A stretch of DNA of 26,127 nucleotides from a virus (taxonomy: Duplodnaviria > Caudoviricetes), in IMG/VR virus record IMGVR_UViG_3300006793_000239, positions 1 through 26,127 of that record; one strand, given 5' to 3'. Each line of letters begins with the position of its first letter. The first letter of the stretch is position 1. Shown here in pieces: positions 1-9,350 of this stretch. Below the pieces are notes generated by a model, which saw nothing but the letters and a program-made list of their open reading frames with translations, ran no database searches and was not told where the DNA came from. The translations under genes were made by a program, and so were the position numbers.

Positions 1-26
1 TAAAAATATAAATAAAATTAAATATA

Positions 27-251
27 ATGGATATAAGAAAAATATCTGTCGGTCCAGATTATAAGTCTGGAGCTATGCATTACTTAGTAGGTCAAGATGT
101 TCTGAATGGAACACACAAGATTCATTTAATAAAGTATGACTCTGAATTACAGTCCTATAAAATATACATAGATGATAATGATGTTGTTATTCTTTGGAAA
201 GAGTTTAGTTCTACTATGCCTATATCCATTGAATACAATATAAACTTTTGA
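27..251 (+). CDS. Hypothetical phage protein (74 aa)
   Basis: ATG after an A/T-rich leader; its TGA stop overlaps the next start (TTGA, 248-251). Confidence 0.8.
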   Translation: MDIRKISVGPDYKSGAMHYLVGQDVLNGTHKIHLIKYDSELQSYKIYIDDNDVVILWKEFSSTMPISIEYNINF

Positions 252-811
252 AATCACCAACAGACTTTATAGTTAAACCAAAAGAAAACAAGCGATACTC
301 CAATACTAAAAATATTGGAGGTATTGATTTTTTAGTAAGCTCATCAGAAGAAGATGTTAGGTACTCCAATAGGTATGCCGAAGTAAAAGCATTACCTATA
401 AACTATTGTGGCCCTATAAAGGTAGGAGATACTCTTCTTGTTCATCACAATGTTTTTAAATTCTATAACGATATTAAGGGAAGAAGAAAAAGTGGTAAGA
501 GTTTTTTAAAAGATAATTTATTTCTAGTTGATAACGACCAGTTTTTTATGTACCAGAATGGAACACAATGGTTTTGTCATGACAGATATTGTTATGTTAA
601 ACCAATAAAAACAAAAGAATCTATTATATTTAAAAACACTAAAGAAGAACCTTTAGTCGCAGAGATGATTTACCCCAATACTACATTAATAAATCAAGGC
701 GTAAAAAAAGGAGATTTAATTTCATTTAAACCTGAAAGTGAATACGAGTTTGAGGTTGATGGAGAGAAGCTATATAGAATGTTTGACCATCAAATAACAA
801 TGATATTATGA
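248..811 (+). CDS. Co-chaperonin GroES-like protein with two tandem GroES-type folds (187 aa)
   Basis: Two GroES-like signatures: FIVKP...AEVKALP...IKVGDTLLV and YVKP...GVKKGDLISFKPESEYEFEVDGEKLYRM; TTG start coupled to the upstream stop. Confidence 0.65.
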   Translation: MKSPTDFIVKPKENKRYSNTKNIGGIDFLVSSSEEDVRYSNRYAEVKALPINYCGPIKVGDTLLVHHNVFKFYNDIKGRRKSGKSFLKDNLFLVDNDQFFMYQNGTQWFCHDRYCYVKPIKTKESIIFKNTKEEPLVAEMIYPNTTLINQGVKKGDLISFKPESEYEFEVDGEKLYRMFDHQITMIL

Positions 812-1089
812 AATCAAACAGAGAAATTAAATTAGAAATTATTGATGCAGCCAGAAGGGCTGTTCACCAGTTAATAAAAGTTGCTAAAGAAGATATCATA
901 AAGCCAGACCTTGAAGATGACTTAGCAGCAGACAGACTTAAGAATGCAGCAGCCACTAAGAAGCTTGCAATATTTGATGCATTTGAAATACTAAGTAGAA
1001 TAGAAGCAGAGAAAGAAGCTTTATCTCTTTCGGAAGGTAATAACAAAGTAGATACAAAACAAGGGTTTGCAGAACGTAGGTCAAAATAA
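808..1089 (+). CDS. Small helical protein, putative terminase small subunit (93 aa)
   Basis: ATGA overlap with the upstream gene; lies directly before the large terminase; helical, charged sequence. Function is inferred from position. Confidence 0.55.
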   Translation: MKSNREIKLEIIDAARRAVHQLIKVAKEDIIKPDLEDDLAADRLKNAAATKKLAIFDAFEILSRIEAEKEALSLSEGNNKVDTKQGFAERRSK

Positions 1090-1093
1090 AGAC

Positions 1094-3316
1094 ATGTATA
1101 AGGTGGTACAAGATTACGTACCTAAATCCGTACTTACCAATAAGAATAATAAAAAAAGTTGGGAGTATGGGTATAACAAGAAATACGACTTTGTTTGTAT
1201 ATCTAGGAGCGGTGAGCTTGGAAATATAATAAACATACAAGGTCTTATTATTGGACTACCTAAACAACCAAAAAATATACATTCACGTTCAAAGAAAAAA
1301 CCTGAACAATACTGGGAAAGAATAGACATTCCAAAACCTCTTAGTAAAATTCAATCAATATTTCAGTGGAACGAAATGCCTAGTGAATTTAAAAACAACT
1401 GGGTTGATTACATTGAGAATGAGTTTGACAGTAGAGAGTTAGGACATTGGTTTATGAATAATGGAGTGCCCACTTATATAACTGGAGCTCACTACATGTA
1501 TCTGCAATGGACTTCTATTGATGTGGGTTATCCAGATTATAGAGAAGCTAATAGAATATTTTACTTATTTTGGGAAGCGTGTAAAGCTGATAACAGAAGT
1601 TTTGGAATGACTTATTTAAAAATAAGACGTTCAGGGTTTTCCTATATGGGGTCTTCAGAGAGCGTAAACACAGGAACTCTAGCAAAAGATTCAAGGGTTG
1701 GTATACTATCAAAGACAGGTTCTGATGCAAAGAAAATGTTTACCGATAAGGTTGTACCTATAGCTAATAGGTTACCATTCTTTTTTAAACCTATTCAAGA
1801 TGGTATGGACAAGCCTAAAACAGAACTAGCGTTTAGAATACCAGCGTCTAAAATCACAAAGAAAAATATGTATGATGCTAACAAGGAAGAATTGTTAGGA
1901 TTAGATACAACTATAGATTGGAAGAACACAGATGACAACTCCTATGATGGTGAGAAGTTATTATTGTTAGTACATGATGAAAGTGGTAAATGGATAAAGC
2001 CAAATAATATTTTAAATAACTGGCGTGTAACAAAAACTTGTTTGCGTTTAGGTAGTAAGATTATAGGTAAATGCATGATGGGGTCTACTTCTAATGCATT
2101 GAGCAAAGGTGGAGATAATTTTAAGAAATTATACGAGGATTCATCATTGAGTAAGCGTAATTCTAATGGCCAAACTAAAAGCGGATTATATAACTTATTT
2201 ATTCCAATGGAATGGAATATGGAGGGATTTATAGATAGATATGGATTACCTGTTTTTAGAAAACCTACAGAAAAAACTATTGGTGTTGATGGTGAGGTTA
2301 TAGAGAATGGTGCGATAGATTATTGGGAAGCTGAAGTTGAAAGTCTAAAGAATGACCCTGATGCTTTGAACGAATTCTATAGACAGTTTCCAAGAACTGA
2401 GTCACATGCTTTCAGAGATGAAAGTAAACAATCTTTATTTAATTTAACAAAGATATATCAGCAGATTGATTATAACGATTCTGTTATAAAAGAACATCAT
2501 TTAACAAGAGGCTCTTTTTCATGGAAAGACGGAATAAAAGATTCTAAAGTTATATGGACACCTAACAATCGTGGAAGATTCCTGGTGTCATGGACACCCA
2601 ATAAAAATTTACAGAATAGAGTCATAAACAGGAATGGCAAAAAGATGCCAGGTAATGAACACCTGGGTGCGTTTGGTTGTGATAGTTATGACATATCTGG
2701 AACAGTAGGTGGAAGAGGTTCTAATGGTGCACTACATGGCCTGACAAAATTCAACATGGACGAAGCTCCAAGTAATGAGTTTTTCTTGGAGTATGTAGCA
2801 AGACCTCAAACAGCTGAAATATTTTTTGAAGAAGTATTAATGGCTTGTGTTTTTTATGGAATGCCAATACTTGTGGAGAATAATAAACCTAGACTTTTAT
2901 ATCATTTTAAAAATAGAGGGTATAGGGCTTTTAGCATGAACAGACCTGATAAAATTTTTAACAAACTATCAAGAACAGAAAAGGAATTAGGAGGTATCCC
3001 AAACTCCAGTGAGGATATTAAACAAGCACACGCATCTGCAATAGAATCATATATAGAAAAGTATATTGGTTTAGACATTGAAGGAACTTTTAGAGACTCT
3101 GATTTAATGGGATTTATGCCGTTTGCTAGAACATTAGAGGACTGGGCCAAATTCGATATAGGTAACAGAACTAAGTTTGATGCATCTATTAGTAGTGGAT
3201 TATCTATAATGGCTTGCCAAAAACATTTGTATACACCTGAAAAGAAAAGCTCAAAAATTTCCATTAACTTTGCAAGGTATACCAATAAGGGATTAACGAG
3301 CGATTTAATTAGATAG
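1094..3316 (+). CDS. terL: Terminase large subunit
   Basis: Walker A-like KIRRSGFS, Walker B LLLVHDESGK, coupling motif GST and RNase H-like nuclease start AFGCDSYD. The ATG at 1094, just after the upstream stop, is preferred over the TTG at 1067. Confidence 0.92.
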   Translation: MYKVVQDYVPKSVLTNKNNKKSWEYGYNKKYDFVCISRSGELGNIINIQGLIIGLPKQPKNIHSRSKKKPEQYWERIDIPKPLSKIQSIFQWNEMPSEFKNNWVDYIENEFDSRELGHWFMNNGVPTYITGAHYMYLQWTSIDVGYPDYREANRIFYLFWEACKADNRSFGMTYLKIRRSGFSYMGSSESVNTGTLAKDSRVGILSKTGSDAKKMFTDKVVPIANRLPFFFKPIQDGMDKPKTELAFRIPASKITKKNMYDANKEELLGLDTTIDWKNTDDNSYDGEKLLLLVHDESGKWIKPNNILNNWRVTKTCLRLGSKIIGKCMMGSTSNALSKGGDNFKKLYEDSSLSKRNSNGQTKSGLYNLFIPMEWNMEGFIDRYGLPVFRKPTEKTIGVDGEVIENGAIDYWEAEVESLKNDPDALNEFYRQFPRTESHAFRDESKQSLFNLTKIYQQIDYNDSVIKEHHLTRGSFSWKDGIKDSKVIWTPNNRGRFLVSWTPNKNLQNRVINRNGKKMPGNEHLGAFGCDSYDISGTVGGRGSNGALHGLTKFNMDEAPSNEFFLEYVARPQTAEIFFEEVLMACVFYGMPILVENNKPRLLYHFKNRGYRAFSMNRPDKIFNKLSRTEKELGGIPNSSEDIKQAHASAIESYIEKYIGLDIEGTFRDSDLMGFMPFARTLEDWAKFDIGNRTKFDASISSGLSIMACQKHLYTPEKKSSKISINFARYTNKGLTSDLIR

Positions 3317-5752
3317 ATGAAAGAAGTTAAAGTAAATATTTCATCTGTAGGCTTTCCTAGTCAATTTGTATCAGATGCCGAAAAAGCCACTGATGAGTTT
3401 GGCTTACAGATAGGGCAAGCAATACAGTATGAGTGGTTTAGAAAAGATGGCAATGGCTGTCGTTATTATAACCAATGGCGAGATTTTCACAGATTACGTT
3501 TATATGCTAGAGGAGAACAATCAGTAGGTAAATACAAAAACGAATTAGCTGTAGATGGAGACTTATCTTATCTTAATTTAGATTGGACTCCTGTCCCTAT
3601 ACTTCCTAAGTTTGTAGATATTGTAGTTAATGGAATGTCTGACAGACTTTTTAAGGTAAAGGCTTATGCTCAAGACGCATTATCCCAAGGTAAAAGAAGT
3701 AAATATCAAGATATGGTTGAAGGGCAAATGGCTGCTAAAGACATACTCTTAGATATCAAAGATATGACAGGAGCAGACCCATTTACAATGGACCCTGATG
3801 CTCTTCCTGAAAACGATGAAGAACTAAAATTATATATGCAGCTTAATTACAAGCCTGCAATTGAGATAGCAGAAGAAGAAGCTATCGACACTATGTTCCA
3901 GGAAAACCATTATGTAGATGCTCGTAAAAGAATTGACTACAACTTAACTGTACTGGGAATAGGATGCGCAAAGCACGAATTCCTACCAGGTTCTGGGGTA
4001 GAGGTTAAGTATGTTGACCCTGCAAACATAGTATATAGTTACACAGAAGACCCACACTTTAAAGATTGTTTTTATTGGGGTGAAATAAAAGTAGTTCCAA
4101 TTTCAGAGCTACTTAAAATAGACCAGAGTTTAACTAATGATGATTTAGAAAAAATATCTAAATACAGTCAGAGCTGGTATGATTATTACAACACAGCACA
4201 GTATCAACAAAACGATATTTTTTATAGAGACACAGTAACCTTAATGTATTTTAATTATAAAACCACAAAGAAGATGGTTTATAAGAAAAAGGTTACAGAT
4301 AGTGGAGCTAAAAAAATGATAGAGAAAGATGACCAATTTAACCCACCACCAGAAATGATGGAGGATGGGAAGTTTGAGAAAGTCTCAAAAACTATTGACG
4401 TTTGGTATGATGGAATAATGGTGATGGGTACTGATATTCTTTTAAAGTGGGAGCTTGCCAGTAACATGGTTCGCCCTCAGTCTTCTTCACAACATGCATT
4501 ACCAAACTATGTGGCTGTTGCGCCAAGAATGTATAAAGGAGTTATTGAATCATTAGTAAGAAGAATGATTCCATTTGCTGATTTAATTCAGATTACACAT
4601 TTGAAACTACAACAAGTTATAGCTAGAACAGTACCTGATGGAGTATTTATAGATGCAGATGGATTAAATGAAGTTGATTTAGGTACAGGAGCTGCGTATA
4701 ATCCTGAAGATGCATTAAGATTGTATTTTCAAACAGGTTCTGTTATTGGTAGAAGCTATACACAAGATGGTGACTTTAATCAAGCCAGAGTTCCTATACA
4801 ACAGCTTACATCTAATAGTGGTGCTAGTAAAACTCAGATGCTTATTACAAACTATAATCATTATCTAAACATGATTAGAACTGTAACAGGATTAAATGAA
4901 GCCAGGGATGGCTCAACGCCTGACCCTAATTCCTTAGTTGGATTACAAAAGCTTGCTGCATTAAATTCTAACACAGCAACTAGACATATACTTCAAGGGA
5001 GTTTATATATTTATAGAACAATAGCAGAGGCTCTGACGTATAGAGTAGCGGATATATTAGAATACTCTGATTTCAAAGAAGACTTTGTAAATAAAATAGG
5101 TAAGTATAACGTAAGTATACTTAACGATATATCTGATTTATATATTTATGACTTCGGTATATTTATTGAGGTATCACCTGATGAAGAAGAAAAAGCTCAG
5201 CTTGAGGCCAACATTCAGATGGCCTTATCTAAAGAAGATATAAATCTAGAAGATGCTATTGATATCCGAGAAATAAAAAACATAAAATTAGCTAATCAAC
5301 TTCTTAAGGTTAAGCGTAAACAAAAGCAAGAGCGAGATGAAAAGAATTCTATGCTCCAGCAACAAATGCAGGCTGCTACACAAATGAAGTCTCAGCAAAT
5401 GGCAGCTCAAGCAGCAATGCAAAAGTCTCAAGCGGAGATGAATGCTAAGATGCAGATTAAACAAGCTGAGATAGCTTTTGAAATTGAGAAGATGAAAAAT
5501 GAGGCTCAGCTAAAAAGTCAGTTAATGGCTGAAGAGTTTAATTACAATCAACAGTTAAGAGGTATGGCAGAGCAGGCTTTATCTCAAAGAGAGTCTCAAA
5601 GAGAAACAGCTAAGGCAGGACGTATTAGTCAGCAGAATACAGAGCAATCAAAATTAATTAATCAAAGAAAAAATAACTTACCACCTCAAACATTTGAGTC
5701 TAATGAAGATAGTTTAGATGGGTTTGATTTAGCAGAGTTCGACCCTAGGTAA
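3317..5752 (+). CDS. Portal protein (811 aa)
   Basis: Follows terL directly; size and the long Gln/Ala/Met-rich C-terminal coiled coil fit podovirus and crAss-like portals; PILPKFVDIVVNG motif. Confidence 0.85.
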   Translation: MKEVKVNISSVGFPSQFVSDAEKATDEFGLQIGQAIQYEWFRKDGNGCRYYNQWRDFHRLRLYARGEQSVGKYKNELAVDGDLSYLNLDWTPVPILPKFVDIVVNGMSDRLFKVKAYAQDALSQGKRSKYQDMVEGQMAAKDILLDIKDMTGADPFTMDPDALPENDEELKLYMQLNYKPAIEIAEEEAIDTMFQENHYVDARKRIDYNLTVLGIGCAKHEFLPGSGVEVKYVDPANIVYSYTEDPHFKDCFYWGEIKVVPISELLKIDQSLTNDDLEKISKYSQSWYDYYNTAQYQQNDIFYRDTVTLMYFNYKTTKKMVYKKKVTDSGAKKMIEKDDQFNPPPEMMEDGKFEKVSKTIDVWYDGIMVMGTDILLKWELASNMVRPQSSSQHALPNYVAVAPRMYKGVIESLVRRMIPFADLIQITHLKLQQVIARTVPDGVFIDADGLNEVDLGTGAAYNPEDALRLYFQTGSVIGRSYTQDGDFNQARVPIQQLTSNSGASKTQMLITNYNHYLNMIRTVTGLNEARDGSTPDPNSLVGLQKLAALNSNTATRHILQGSLYIYRTIAEALTYRVADILEYSDFKEDFVNKIGKYNVSILNDISDLYIYDFGIFIEVSPDEEEKAQLEANIQMALSKEDINLEDAIDIREIKNIKLANQLLKVKRKQKQERDEKNSMLQQQMQAATQMKSQQMAAQAAMQKSQAEMNAKMQIKQAEIAFEIEKMKNEAQLKSQLMAEEFNYNQQLRGMAEQALSQRESQRETAKAGRISQQNTEQSKLINQRKNNLPPQTFESNEDSLDGFDLAEFDPR

Positions 5753-5781
5753 AGTAAATAATTTATAATTGTTTAATGTAC

Positions 5782-5789
5782 TATATTTG
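5782..5789 (+). promoter_or_regulatory. Bacteroidota sigma-70 -7 box (TATATTTG) upstream of the scaffold and capsid genes
   Basis: Matches TAnnTTTG in a 54-nt intergenic gap, 17 nt before the ATG; no clear -33 TTG at canonical spacing. Confidence 0.6.
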
Positions 5790-5806
5790 TACTAAAATTT
5801 AATCTA

Positions 5807-6889
5807 ATGGAAATAAAAGTAAAAGAAGTAAGTGCTGTAGAAGAAAAATCTGCTGCTCAAGTAGAAGAGAATCTAATAGAAAAAGTAGAACAACAGCAAG
5901 AAGAACAGCCACAAGCTGTAGAACAAACTACAGTTCCAGAGGAAACGCAAGGAACTGAACTAAGAGAAGAAGATGTTCTTGGTTATATTAAGAACAGATA
6001 TGATAAGGATATATCATCAGTAGATGACTTGTTTGCTCAAAAAGAAAACAACGAAGAACTACCTGAAGATGTGTCAGCTTATTTTAATTATAAAAAGAAA
6101 ACTGGTCGTGGCATTGAAGATTATGTTAAATTAAACAGAGACTTCGATTCTTTAGATGAAAACCAGATTTTAACTGAGTATCTTTTAGCTACCGAAGAAG
6201 GTATAGATAAAGACGATGTAGAACTATTAATGGAGGATTACTCCTACGATGAAGAATTAGATGATGAGTCTGATGTTAAAAGAGCTAAGTTAAAAAAGAA
6301 AAAGGCAATTGTAAAAGCTAAGAAGTTTTTCAATGAACAAAAAGAAATGTATCGCCAGCCGCTTGAGTCAAGCGCAACTGGTATTTCTGAGGACAATGAA
6401 GACTACAAAGCGTACAAGCAATATGTTGAGAATGCAAAGACTCAGTCAGAAGAGCAGTCTCGGAAAGTAGATTTCTTTGAAAAAGAAACTAACAAAGTGC
6501 TAAATCAAGACTTTAAAGGTTTTAAGGTCAGTATTGATGAAGCTAATTTGTTATACAATCCAGGTGGTTCTGTGGAGGAAATTAAAAAGTCTCAATCAAG
6601 CGTTATTAATTTTATTAATAATCATTTGAATGAAGATGGATTAGTTAAAAACGCAGCTGAATATCATAAAGCATTATCAGCAGCAATGAACCCTGATAAG
6701 TTCGCAAGGTTTTTTTACGAGCAAGGAAAGGCAGCAGCAACGGACGATGTAACTAGAAAGATGAAAAACATCAATATGTCTACACGTTCTGCTCCTGAAG
6801 TTACTTCTAAAGGAGGAACTCAGTTTCGTGCAATCAATCCAAGTGAAGGAAGGGGTTTAAAAATTAAGAGTATTAAACGAAAAAATTAA
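5807..6889 (+). CDS. Acidic protein, putative capsid scaffolding/assembly protein (360 aa)
   Basis: Glu/Asp-rich with a disordered N-terminus and basic C-terminal tip; lies between portal and major capsid genes. Confidence 0.65.
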   Translation: MEIKVKEVSAVEEKSAAQVEENLIEKVEQQQEEQPQAVEQTTVPEETQGTELREEDVLGYIKNRYDKDISSVDDLFAQKENNEELPEDVSAYFNYKKKTGRGIEDYVKLNRDFDSLDENQILTEYLLATEEGIDKDDVELLMEDYSYDEELDDESDVKRAKLKKKKAIVKAKKFFNEQKEMYRQPLESSATGISEDNEDYKAYKQYVENAKTQSEEQSRKVDFFEKETNKVLNQDFKGFKVSIDEANLLYNPGGSVEEIKKSQSSVINFINNHLNEDGLVKNAAEYHKALSAAMNPDKFARFFYEQGKAAATDDVTRKMKNINMSTRSAPEVTSKGGTQFRAINPSEGRGLKIKSIKRKN

Positions 6890-6911
6890 CAACATTTTAA
6901 AAAATTAAAAA

Positions 6912-8396
6912 ATGGCAGGACAATTATTAGGGCCAAACACTACTCCAGTAGGACCAGGGTTTGCGCTACAGCCAGCACCGCAACAAGTGCCGTTGGCTAC
7001 AAATTACATTACTGATTTCAACTTTTTGAATCAGTACTTACCAGACACTTATGAAAAAGAATTTGAGCGTTATGGTAATAGAACAATTTCTTCTTTCTTA
7101 CGTTTAGTAGGAGCCGAGTTACCAAGTAACTCAGACCTAGTAAAGTGGGCAGAGCAAGGAAGATTACACACTAAATATGAACAGTGTGGAGCAGCTGTTT
7201 CAGCTGGCGCAGCAAATGTAACTTTCCAAATTAACGATGCATTAGTACCAGACCGAGCTGCAACAGGCTTAACTGCTGGAACTATCGCTATTCGTGTAGG
7301 ACAGACAGTTGTTGTTTCTAACAATGATGACTCAGGAGAATTTAAAGGAATCGTAACTGCAGTAGGTGTTGCAGGTGGATTAAATGCTGATGAGATTTCT
7401 GTAGCTTTCTACAGTGCTGCAGGATATACAGGTGGAACAGGAGTAGGTAATGCTGATGCAACTATCTTTATCTATGGTTCTGAATTCAAAAAAGGAAGCA
7501 ATGGGATGCAAGGTTCTCTAGAGGCTGAAGATGAAATCTTCGACAACTCTCCAATCATCATCAAAGATAAGTATGCAGTATCAGGTTCTGATATGGCACA
7601 AATCGGATGGATTGAAGTGACTACTGAGAACGGAGCTTCAGGATACTTATGGTACTTGAAGTCTGAGCACGAAACTCGTTTACGTTTTGATGACTACCTA
7701 GAAACAGCTATGATTGAAGCAGTACCAGCAGAAGCAGGTTCTGGAGCAATTGCAGCAGGTGGAGATGTAGGAAACAAAGGTTCTGAAGGTGTATTCCACG
7801 CAGTAGAAAACAGAGGAAATGTATGGGCAGGTGGTAACCCAACTGCACTAGCAGATTTCGATACTATCATTTCTCGTTTAGACAAGCAAGGTGCTATTGA
7901 AGAAAATGTACTTTTCTTGAACAGACAATTTGGATTTGATATTGATGACATGTTAGCTGAACTTAATGGTTCTGCTCAAGCTGGTGGAGTTAATGGTACT
8001 TCTTATGGTCTATTTGATAACGACATGGAAATGGCATTGAATCTTGGATTCACTGGATTCCGTAGAGGATATGACTTCTACAAGTCTGACTGGAAATACC
8101 TAAACGACCCAACAATGCGTGGTGGTTTAACTGGAACAGGTGCTGTAAATGGTTTATTAGTGCCAGCTGGTTCAACTACTGTTTACGACCAAATCCTTGG
8201 AAAGAATGCTAAGCGTCCTTTCTTACATGTACGATACAGAGCTTCAGAAACTGAAGACAGAAAGTACAAGACTTGGATTACAGGTTCAGCTGGTGGTGCA
8301 GCAACATCTGATTTAGATGCAATGGAAGTAAACTTCCTATCTGAAAGATGTGTATGTACTATGGGTGCAAACAACTTTGTGATTTTCCAATCATAA
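6912..8396 (+). CDS. Major capsid protein (494 aa)
   Basis: Position after the scaffold-like gene; codon usage suggesting high expression (CGT, TTC, ATC, AAC); Gly/Ala-rich; followed by a strong terminator. Confidence 0.88.
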   Translation: MAGQLLGPNTTPVGPGFALQPAPQQVPLATNYITDFNFLNQYLPDTYEKEFERYGNRTISSFLRLVGAELPSNSDLVKWAEQGRLHTKYEQCGAAVSAGAANVTFQINDALVPDRAATGLTAGTIAIRVGQTVVVSNNDDSGEFKGIVTAVGVAGGLNADEISVAFYSAAGYTGGTGVGNADATIFIYGSEFKKGSNGMQGSLEAEDEIFDNSPIIIKDKYAVSGSDMAQIGWIEVTTENGASGYLWYLKSEHETRLRFDDYLETAMIEAVPAEAGSGAIAAGGDVGNKGSEGVFHAVENRGNVWAGGNPTALADFDTIISRLDKQGAIEENVLFLNRQFGFDIDDMLAELNGSAQAGGVNGTSYGLFDNDMEMALNLGFTGFRRGYDFYKSDWKYLNDPTMRGGLTGTGAVNGLLVPAGSTTVYDQILGKNAKRPFLHVRYRASETEDRKYKTWITGSAGGAATSDLDAMEVNFLSERCVCTMGANNFVIFQS

Positions 8397-8405
8397 ATTA
8401 AATAT

Positions 8406-8452
8406 GTAATTATTACCCTCGTTATTGTGACGAGGGTAATTATTACTTTTAT
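8406..8452 (+). terminator. Intrinsic terminator after the capsid gene
   Basis: 17-bp inverted repeat GTAATTATTACCCTCGT (8406-8422) / ACGAGGGTAATTATTAC (8430-8446) with one mismatch, followed by TTTTAT. Confidence 0.8.
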
Positions 8453-8472
8453 TAAATATAAATTATAATCAA

Positions 8473-9225
8473 ATGAAAAAAAATGTATTGGTCAATAAGA
8501 CCTATAAACTTACCAAAGACTCAGCACCACTTTCTTTTATGCTGCCAACTAGAAACTCAAGAAGATATCCTTTAATGCACTTCGATGAAGTTTCAGGAAC
8601 TAACAGAGCTTTACGCTATGCAAGAAACCAGAAAAGCCCTTTTGAAGATGAGCAGGATGGTAACGCTATTATAGAGCCAATTGTTTTTGAAGATGGATTT
8701 TTATCTGTACCAAGAACAAATCCAACCCTTCAGGAATTTTTACATTATCACCCAATGAATGGAAGTAAGTTTGTTGAGGTTAATACTGAGAAAGATGCCC
8801 AGAAAGAAATGGATGTTTTGAATTCTAGAGTAGATGCTCTTATAGAGGCTCGTCAATTAGACATTGACCAAGTAGAGGCTTTAGCTAGAGTCCTATTTAA
8901 CACAGATGTTTCTAGAACCACCTCTTCTGAATTAAGAAGAGACATATTAATATACGCAGAGCAAGAACCAGAATTTTTCTTGCGAGCTGTAAAAGACCCT
9001 GGCTTAAAATTAAATTCTAAAATTCAGGAGTTTTTCTCTCATAAGGTATTAATATTTAAAAATAACAAGAAGGATGTATACTTTAATACAGATAAGAATA
9101 AAAAGAGAATGGTAAACATTCCTTTTGGAGAAGACCCATTCTACGTAGTAGCAGGGTATCTTCAATCTGACGAAGGTATTGAAATATTAAAGTTTCTTGA
9201 AAAAAACTTGGATAATAAAAAATAA
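8473..9225 (+). CDS. Hypothetical phage protein downstream of the capsid gene (250 aa)
   Basis: Long ORF with an A-rich start; occupies the slot that follows the capsid gene in crAss-like layouts; function not recognised. Confidence 0.8.
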   Translation: MKKNVLVNKTYKLTKDSAPLSFMLPTRNSRRYPLMHFDEVSGTNRALRYARNQKSPFEDEQDGNAIIEPIVFEDGFLSVPRTNPTLQEFLHYHPMNGSKFVEVNTEKDAQKEMDVLNSRVDALIEARQLDIDQVEALARVLFNTDVSRTTSSELRRDILIYAEQEPEFFLRAVKDPGLKLNSKIQEFFSHKVLIFKNNKKDVYFNTDKNKKRMVNIPFGEDPFYVVAGYLQSDEGIEILKFLEKNLDNKK

Positions 9226-9237
9226 TTATTACATTTG
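9208..9237 (+). promoter_or_regulatory. Complete Bacteroidota/Flavobacterium-type promoter TTG-N19-TACATTTG
   Basis: TTG at 9208-9210, 19-nt spacer, TAnnTTTG at 9230-9237. Confidence 0.7.
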
Positions 9238-9241
9238 CAAT

Positions 9242-9321
9242 AGAAGTGTTCATAATAATAGAGGAGCTGATTACTCCAACCAAACAAGAAGAGGCTGCAG
9301 AAATGCATCCTCTTTTTTTTT
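9242..9321 (+). ncRNA. Candidate ~80-nt small RNA
   Basis: Bounded by a consensus promoter and a U9 intrinsic terminator; no plausible ORF inside; internal mini-hairpin GGAG-CTGATTA-CTCC (9263-9277). Start site is estimated. Confidence 0.55.
9289..9321 (+). terminator. Intrinsic terminator with GAAA tetraloop
   Basis: AAGAGGCTGCA-GAAA-TGCATCCTCTT stem with one C/T mismatch, and a T9 run at 9313-9321. Confidence 0.85.
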
Positions 9322-9324
9322 GCT

Positions 9325-9332
9325 TATCTTTG
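9325..9332 (+). promoter_or_regulatory. Bacteroidota -7 box (TATCTTTG) restarting transcription for the tail genes
   Basis: TAnnTTTG immediately after the terminator and 18 nt before the ATG at 9351. Confidence 0.65.
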
Positions 9333-9350
9333 TAGTAAATAAATTAACAG

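Noticed and set aside
3311-3319. terL and portal are in the same frame, separated only by TAG (AGA TAG ATG); possible TAG recoding as in some crAss-like phages, or a fusion
   Set aside because: Long genes here have no internal TAG and other genes end in TAG normally; this looks like ordinary tight gene packing
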